A stretch of DNA of 10,021 nt from Candidatus Wukongarchaeum yapensis. Its GTDB lineage: Archaea > Asgardarchaeota > Wukongarchaeia > Wukongarchaeales > Wukongarchaeaceae. The stretch spans positions 1 through 10,021 of the forward strand of contig JAEOSI010000065.1 in the NCBI GenBank assembly GCA_016840425.1, in the 5' to 3' direction. Shown piece by piece: positions 6,202-10,021 of the stretch (within the stretch, counting starts at the first letter, position 1; the number at the start of each line of letters is the position of its first letter). The notes beneath the pieces are model-generated. The model saw only the letters and a list, made by a program, of their open reading frames with translations, was not told the origin of the DNA and made no database searches. A program made the translations under genes and the position numbers.

Positions 6202-8244
6202 TTGGTCGAATCAAATTGGGTATTACTGGCACCTATCGGCGGAATTTGTGCAGTCATATTCGCATTTTATCTTGCATGGGATGTAAACAAATACGAAATG
6301 GGAACACCTAAAATGAGGAGTATAGCGGACGCCATCCGCGAAGGATCAAAAGCATACCTAAAGAGACAATACACAACCATCGCTATAATATCGGTAATAC
6401 TTACAGTAATACTGTATGTAGCTTTCGATTGGGGAGATAAACCTTACACTTCATTTGCATTCCTTTTGGGTGCCGGCTGCTCACTTCTAGCAGGATATAT
6501 AGGGATGGATGTAGCTACAAGAGCCAACGTAAGAACGGCGGAGGCTACAAAAACAGGGCTAAATCCTGCAGTACAAGTAGCCTTCCGCGGAGGCATGGTC
6601 ATGGGACTGCTTGTAGTCGGTCTAAGCCTCCTAGGAGTAACAGGTTTGTTCTTTTTGTATTCCGAAGACCCTGAGTTGATCATCGGATACGGATTTGGCG
6701 CGAGTCTTGCTGCTCTTTTTGCTCAGCTTGGTGGTGGTATTTATACTAAGGCAGCTGATATCGGGGCTGATCTTGTAGGGAAGATCGAGGCTGGTATACC
6801 CGAAGATGATCCGAGAAATCCAGCGGTAATCGCAGACAATGTAGGGGATAATGTAGGGGATGTTGCTGGCAGAGGGGCAGATCTTTTCGAATCAACTGCA
6901 GGGGAAAACATTGGAGCCATGATATTAGGCATAGCAATTTACGTAAAAACAGGCGACATCAACTGGTTATACTTCCCGTTGGTGGCAAGAGGTAGTGGTA
7001 TATTTGCAACAATCGCGTCAACATATTTCGTTCAGGCTAAGGAGGGAGAGAATCCTATGGCTCCCTTAAGAAGGGGGCTCTATGCCACGACCATAATGTG
7101 CGTCGTAATATTCTACATTCTGTGTGAATACATGCTTGAAAACATCAACATGTTTTACGCGGCCCTCGCTGGGCTTGCAGCAGCCTTAATTATCGCGTGG
7201 ATAACAGAGTATTATACAAGTAAATCCTTCAGGCCGGTTAAAGAGATCGCGAGATCGTCTGAAACAGGACCGGCAACAAACATAATAACAGGTTTTGCTG
7301 TAGGTTTGGAGTCGACGGCTCTACCGGCTATCGTTTTAAGCGCAGCCATACTGTTATCCTTCGTGGCAGGAAACGGCTGGAAAGTGTCTCCTATAACTGA
7401 TGAAGGGATTTATGGTACGGCTGTAGCTACAATGGCGATGCTTGCAACCGCGGGAATAATCCTTGCTATGGATGGTTTTGGTCCAATCGCGGACAATGCT
7501 GGGGGAATAGCGGAGATGAGTGACTTAGGAGAGAAGTGCAGAGCGACTACGGAGGAGTTAGATGCTGTGGGAAATACGACAAAAGCGATAACGAAAGGTT
7601 ATGCTGTGGGTTCGGCAGCCCTTGCAGCATTACTACTCTTTGAAGCATACTTAAAAACCGCGGACATACGTGTGGTGGATTTAAGCGAACCAGATGTGAT
7701 AATTGGCTTGTTTATAGGCGCTTTGTTGCCTTTCATATTTTCAAGCTTGGCTATTCGCGCTGTAGGAAACGCTTCCTATGACATGATAAACGAGGTTAGA
7801 AGACAGTTTAGGGAGATTCCAGGAATCATGGAAGGTACAACCAAACCAGACTATGCTCGATGTGTCGACATAAGTACGAGGTCAGCTCAGAAAAACATGG
7901 TTTTCCCAGGCATGATTTGTGTAATAGGCCCTGTATCGGTAGGATTCTTGCTAGGGGCAGAAGCTGTCGGAGCCTTACTTATGGGAGGCACTGTTGCAGG
8001 TATTTTGCTTGCTCTTGTTTTAAACACAGGAGGCGCATCTTGGGATAATGCGAAGAAGTTGATTGAAGATGGAGCTTACGGTGGAAAGGGGACGCCAGCT
8101 CACGCAGCAGGAGTAGTAGGAGATACCGTCGGAGACCCCTTTAAGGATACGGCAGGACCATCCCTCCACGTACTGGTAAAACTTCTAAGTACTTTGAGCC
8201 TTACCTTTGCAACACTTTTCGTGGAATACTCTCTTTTCTTCTAA
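6202..8244 (+). CDS. hppA: Membrane-bound ion-translocating pyrophosphatase, K+-independent type (probably H+-PPase), about 680 aa
   Basis: Motifs GGGIYTKAADIGADLVGK.E.GIPEDDPRNP.VIADNVGDNVGD, DGFGPIADNAGGIAEM, GNTTKA, WDNAKK and GDTVGDPFKDTAGPS, plus many hydrophobic segments. I prefer the TTG at 6202 over the ORF-track GTG at 6157 because of the SD. Confidence 0.95.
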   Translation: MVESNWVLLAPIGGICAVIFAFYLAWDVNKYEMGTPKMRSIADAIREGSKAYLKRQYTTIAIISVILTVILYVAFDWGDKPYTSFAFLLGAGCSLLAGYIGMDVATRANVRTAEATKTGLNPAVQVAFRGGMVMGLLVVGLSLLGVTGLFFLYSEDPELIIGYGFGASLAALFAQLGGGIYTKAADIGADLVGKIEAGIPEDDPRNPAVIADNVGDNVGDVAGRGADLFESTAGENIGAMILGIAIYVKTGDINWLYFPLVARGSGIFATIASTYFVQAKEGENPMAPLRRGLYATTIMCVVIFYILCEYMLENINMFYAALAGLAAALIIAWITEYYTSKSFRPVKEIARSSETGPATNIITGFAVGLESTALPAIVLSAAILLSFVAGNGWKVSPITDEGIYGTAVATMAMLATAGIILAMDGFGPIADNAGGIAEMSDLGEKCRATTEELDAVGNTTKAITKGYAVGSAALAALLLFEAYLKTADIRVVDLSEPDVIIGLFIGALLPFIFSSLAIRAVGNASYDMINEVRRQFREIPGIMEGTTKPDYARCVDISTRSAQKNMVFPGMICVIGPVSVGFLLGAEAVGALLMGGTVAGILLALVLNTGGASWDNAKKLIEDGAYGGKGTPAHAAGVVGDTVGDPFKDTAGPSLHVLVKLLSTLSLTFATLFVEYSLFF

Positions 8245-8273
8245 AAATAGAATAGCGGCTTAGAAAGCAAGAT

Positions 8274-8320
8274 GGAAAAAAATTAAGAGGAAAAATTGAT
8301 TTTTTTCCTTTTTTCTTTCC
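8274..8320. terminator. Candidate bidirectional terminator between convergent hppA and PIN genes
   Basis: A-tracts at 8276-8282 and 8291-8295 (oligo-T on the minus strand) are followed by T-tracts at 8300-8318 (plus strand). AGGAAAAA (8288-8295) and TTTTTCCT (8302-8309) form an inverted repeat. Confidence 0.5.
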
Positions 8321-8361
8321 GTTCTACTTCTAACCAAGAAGACCGTTTATCGTGTTTTATA

Positions 8362-8778
8362 TCAGGGTATGATGCCGTCAATTTCGAGACGTGTTTTCTG
8401 TCTTAAGAATATTACCGGTATTCCTTTATCTTTAAGCCTCTTTCTAAGGATATTATCAACTGTTGCAACAGCACAAGGACAATGCTTTTCAGCCACTCGG
8501 ATTACATAGTCATCAATGCTTTCTTTTTCCAGCAATTTCTCCTCCAAAATATTACATTTTTCAGCAAATTTTAACGCTAATTTTACCGCCATTTTTTGCT
8601 TCTTTCCCCCCTTTAAGTAGAGTTTCTCTAACTCGCCCAATATCCCCCTTAGAACTACAAGTTTATACGCCCTTTGAACTATATCGTCGATGGCAGGAAA
8701 AATATCTATGCCCAAGTTTGCAGGTAGCATTAAAAAATTTGTATCAAGAAGGACTAAAAAATTATTTTTACAGACCAT
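8362..8778 (-). CDS. PIN-domain ribonuclease, Fcf1/Utp24-like (archaeal eif2g-linked family)
   Basis: Acidic residues in VLLDTNFLM, ELEKL, IDD and ATVD, plus L..RL...GIPVIFLRQK. Canonical position downstream of eif2g. I prefer the ATG at 8778 over the GTG at 8787. Confidence 0.88.
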   Translation of the reverse strand: MVCKNNFLVLLDTNFLMLPANLGIDIFPAIDDIVQRAYKLVVLRGILGELEKLYLKGGKKQKMAVKLALKFAEKCNILEEKLLEKESIDDYVIRVAEKHCPCAVATVDNILRKRLKDKGIPVIFLRQKTRLEIDGIIP

Positions 8779-8827
8779 TAAAAACACGTCATGTTAAAAA
8801 TAAGTTCCCTTTTAATCTTTTAATAAA

Positions 8828-10021
8828 TTAAAGGATGTTTCCATATCCTACGAGGCGCCAGCGTCTTTTCAAAAGTCTACTTATTGCGGCTTTCATCCCT
8901 TTTTCACCAACTATGGATCTTGAAAGCTTGATTTGAGCCTCTCCATCCCGTATGCCAGTTATCGTACCTACAGTAGCAGCAGTTCCAACGTTTAACATCA
9001 ACTTTTCGCCAATTTTTATTTTCTTAACCTCTATTTCCTCCGCGGTTCCTACAGCCCTTTCCATTAAAGTTACCTCAAGGTTTAACTCATCAACAGTGGG
9101 AGGCAAAGTATCTGGTTTTCCAACGACAGATCCTACCATGCTGTCGCTTTTGGTCAGAAAAGGATCAAGTTTAGTTCCAACGCCTATTAAACCGCCAGGT
9201 TTTGCTATTTCTAAGGGTATTTTTGGCCCAGCGCTGAGGGAAGTTATTTCAGTTATCAGGGGAACATACTCAAATTTTCCGCTTTTTATTTCTTTTCTAA
9301 CCCCTGGCTTAATCTCAACCTCTTCGCCTACATGCAACTCGCCTTGGACTATTGATCCGCCCAACACGCCTCCCATCAAATCTTTCGGGCGGGTACCTGG
9401 TTTATTGACCTCAAAAGATCTGGCAACATACATTCTTGCAGGTAAACTTGAATCCCTTTTAGGGGTAGGCATCTTTTCTTCAATTGCCTGTATTAAAACG
9501 TCAAGGTTTGCTTTATGCATGGCTGAAATAGGGATTATAGGCGCATCTTCAGCCGAAGAACCTTTAACAAAGGATTTAATATTTTCATAATTCTTTAAAT
9601 CTTCTTCTTCTGAAACAAGCTCTATCTTATTTTGGGCAATTACTATTCGGTCAACTTTCACCACTTCAGTCGCTGCAAGATGTTCCTTGGTTTGGGGCTG
9701 AGGACAGTCTTCGTTAGTTGCAATCACAAGAATTGCTCCATCCATAATGGCGGCCCCCGAAAGCATTGTAGCCATAAGAATCTCATGGCCTGGACAGTCA
9801 ACAAAACTTATTCGCCTGAGAAATTCACTCTCAGACCCGCAATTGGGGCATGTTTTTGAAGTGGTATAACATTGAGGGGGCTCACAATCAGGGCACTTTC
9901 TAAAATCTGCTATAGCGTAACCTAAACGAATCGAAATACCTCTCCGTAACTCTTCACTATGAGTATCTGGAAACTTCCCACTCAAAGCTTTTACTAGTGT
10001 GGATTTTCCGTGATCAACATG
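8828..10021 (-). CDS. eif2g: Translation initiation factor aIF2 subunit gamma (5' end lies outside the window)
   Basis: The frame is open to the window edge and reads HVDHGKSTLVKALSG (P-loop), HSEELRRGISIRLGYA, the Zn knuckle CPDC...CPNC, DCPGHE, PQPQTKEHL, QNKIEL and RWRLVGYG. The ORF-track start at 9985 is internal. Confidence 0.97.
   Translation of the reverse strand, partial: HVDHGKSTLVKALSGKFPDTHSEELRRGISIRLGYAIADFRKCPDCEPPQCYTTSKTCPNCGSESEFLRRISFVDCPGHEILMATMLSGAAIMDGAILVIATNEDCPQPQTKEHLAATEVVKVDRIVIAQNKIELVSEEEDLKNYENIKSFVKGSSAEDAPIIPISAMHKANLDVLIQAIEEKMPTPKRDSSLPARMYVARSFEVNKPGTRPKDLMGGVLGGSIVQGELHVGEEVEIKPGVRKEIKSGKFEYVPLITEITSLSAGPKIPLEIAKPGGLIGVGTKLDPFLTKSDSMVGSVVGKPDTLPPTVDELNLEVTLMERAVGTAEEIEVKKIKIGEKLMLNVGTAATVGTITGIRDGEAQIKLSRSIVGEKGMKAAISRLLKRRWRLVGYGNIL

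Noticed and set aside
6444-8048. ORFs 6444-6683, 6741-6932, 6746-6937 (minus) and 7860-8048 (plus, alternate frame)
   Set aside because: Nested within hppA; typical by-products of a Gly/Ala-rich coding sequence.
6157-8244. Apparently higher GC in hppA as evidence of horizontal transfer
   Set aside because: Explained by the Gly/Ala/Val-rich membrane-protein composition; not informative without codon-position analysis.
5933-8287. Inverted 9-mer CTTAATTTT (5933-5941) / AAAATTAAG (8279-8287) flanking hppA as possible inversion or mobile-element ends
   Set aside because: Too short and AT-rich, does not extend, and no recombinase or transposase is present.
8463-8831. 122-aa plus-strand ORF, and 9632-9859
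   Set aside because: Antisense to the PIN and eif2g genes, with non-protein-like composition.
8952-9590. 212-aa plus-strand ORF
   Set aside because: It lies entirely antisense to eif2g and has no recognisable motifs; a codon-shadow ORF.
1-10021. tRNA, rRNA, CRISPR array, IS element, or Sec/Pyl recoding
   Set aside because: The intergenic gaps are short and AT-rich with no cloverleaf or repeat-spacer pattern, and all genes end at expected lengths with no in-frame read-through evidence.

Overview
Archaeal housekeeping locus. The minus strand carries most of the conserved archaeal information-processing gene string: aIF2-gamma (5'-truncated by the window edge), Fcf1/Utp24-like PIN nuclease, Rpo7 (RpoE1), Spt4 (RpoE2), DUF359 GTP-dependent dephospho-CoA kinase, S24e, S27ae (missing from the ORF track, translated by hand), Kae1, Bud32 and RdgB/HAM1, followed by a GMPPB/Psa1-like mannose-1-phosphate guanylyltransferase. 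The one interruption is a plus-strand, K+-independent membrane pyrophosphatase gene (hppA) between PIN and rpo7. It has a divergent promoter region on its left and a convergent terminator-like region on its right. Unfused kae1/bud32 and the protein sequences are compatible with a TACK/Asgard-type archaeon (inference only). I see no RNA genes, CRISPR arrays, mobile elements or clearly new multi-gene system. The best leads are the operon-splitting hppA with plant type-II-like motifs, the eukaryote-like GMPPB, the polybasic tail on Rpo7, and a strong TTG-start/Val-second-codon bias.
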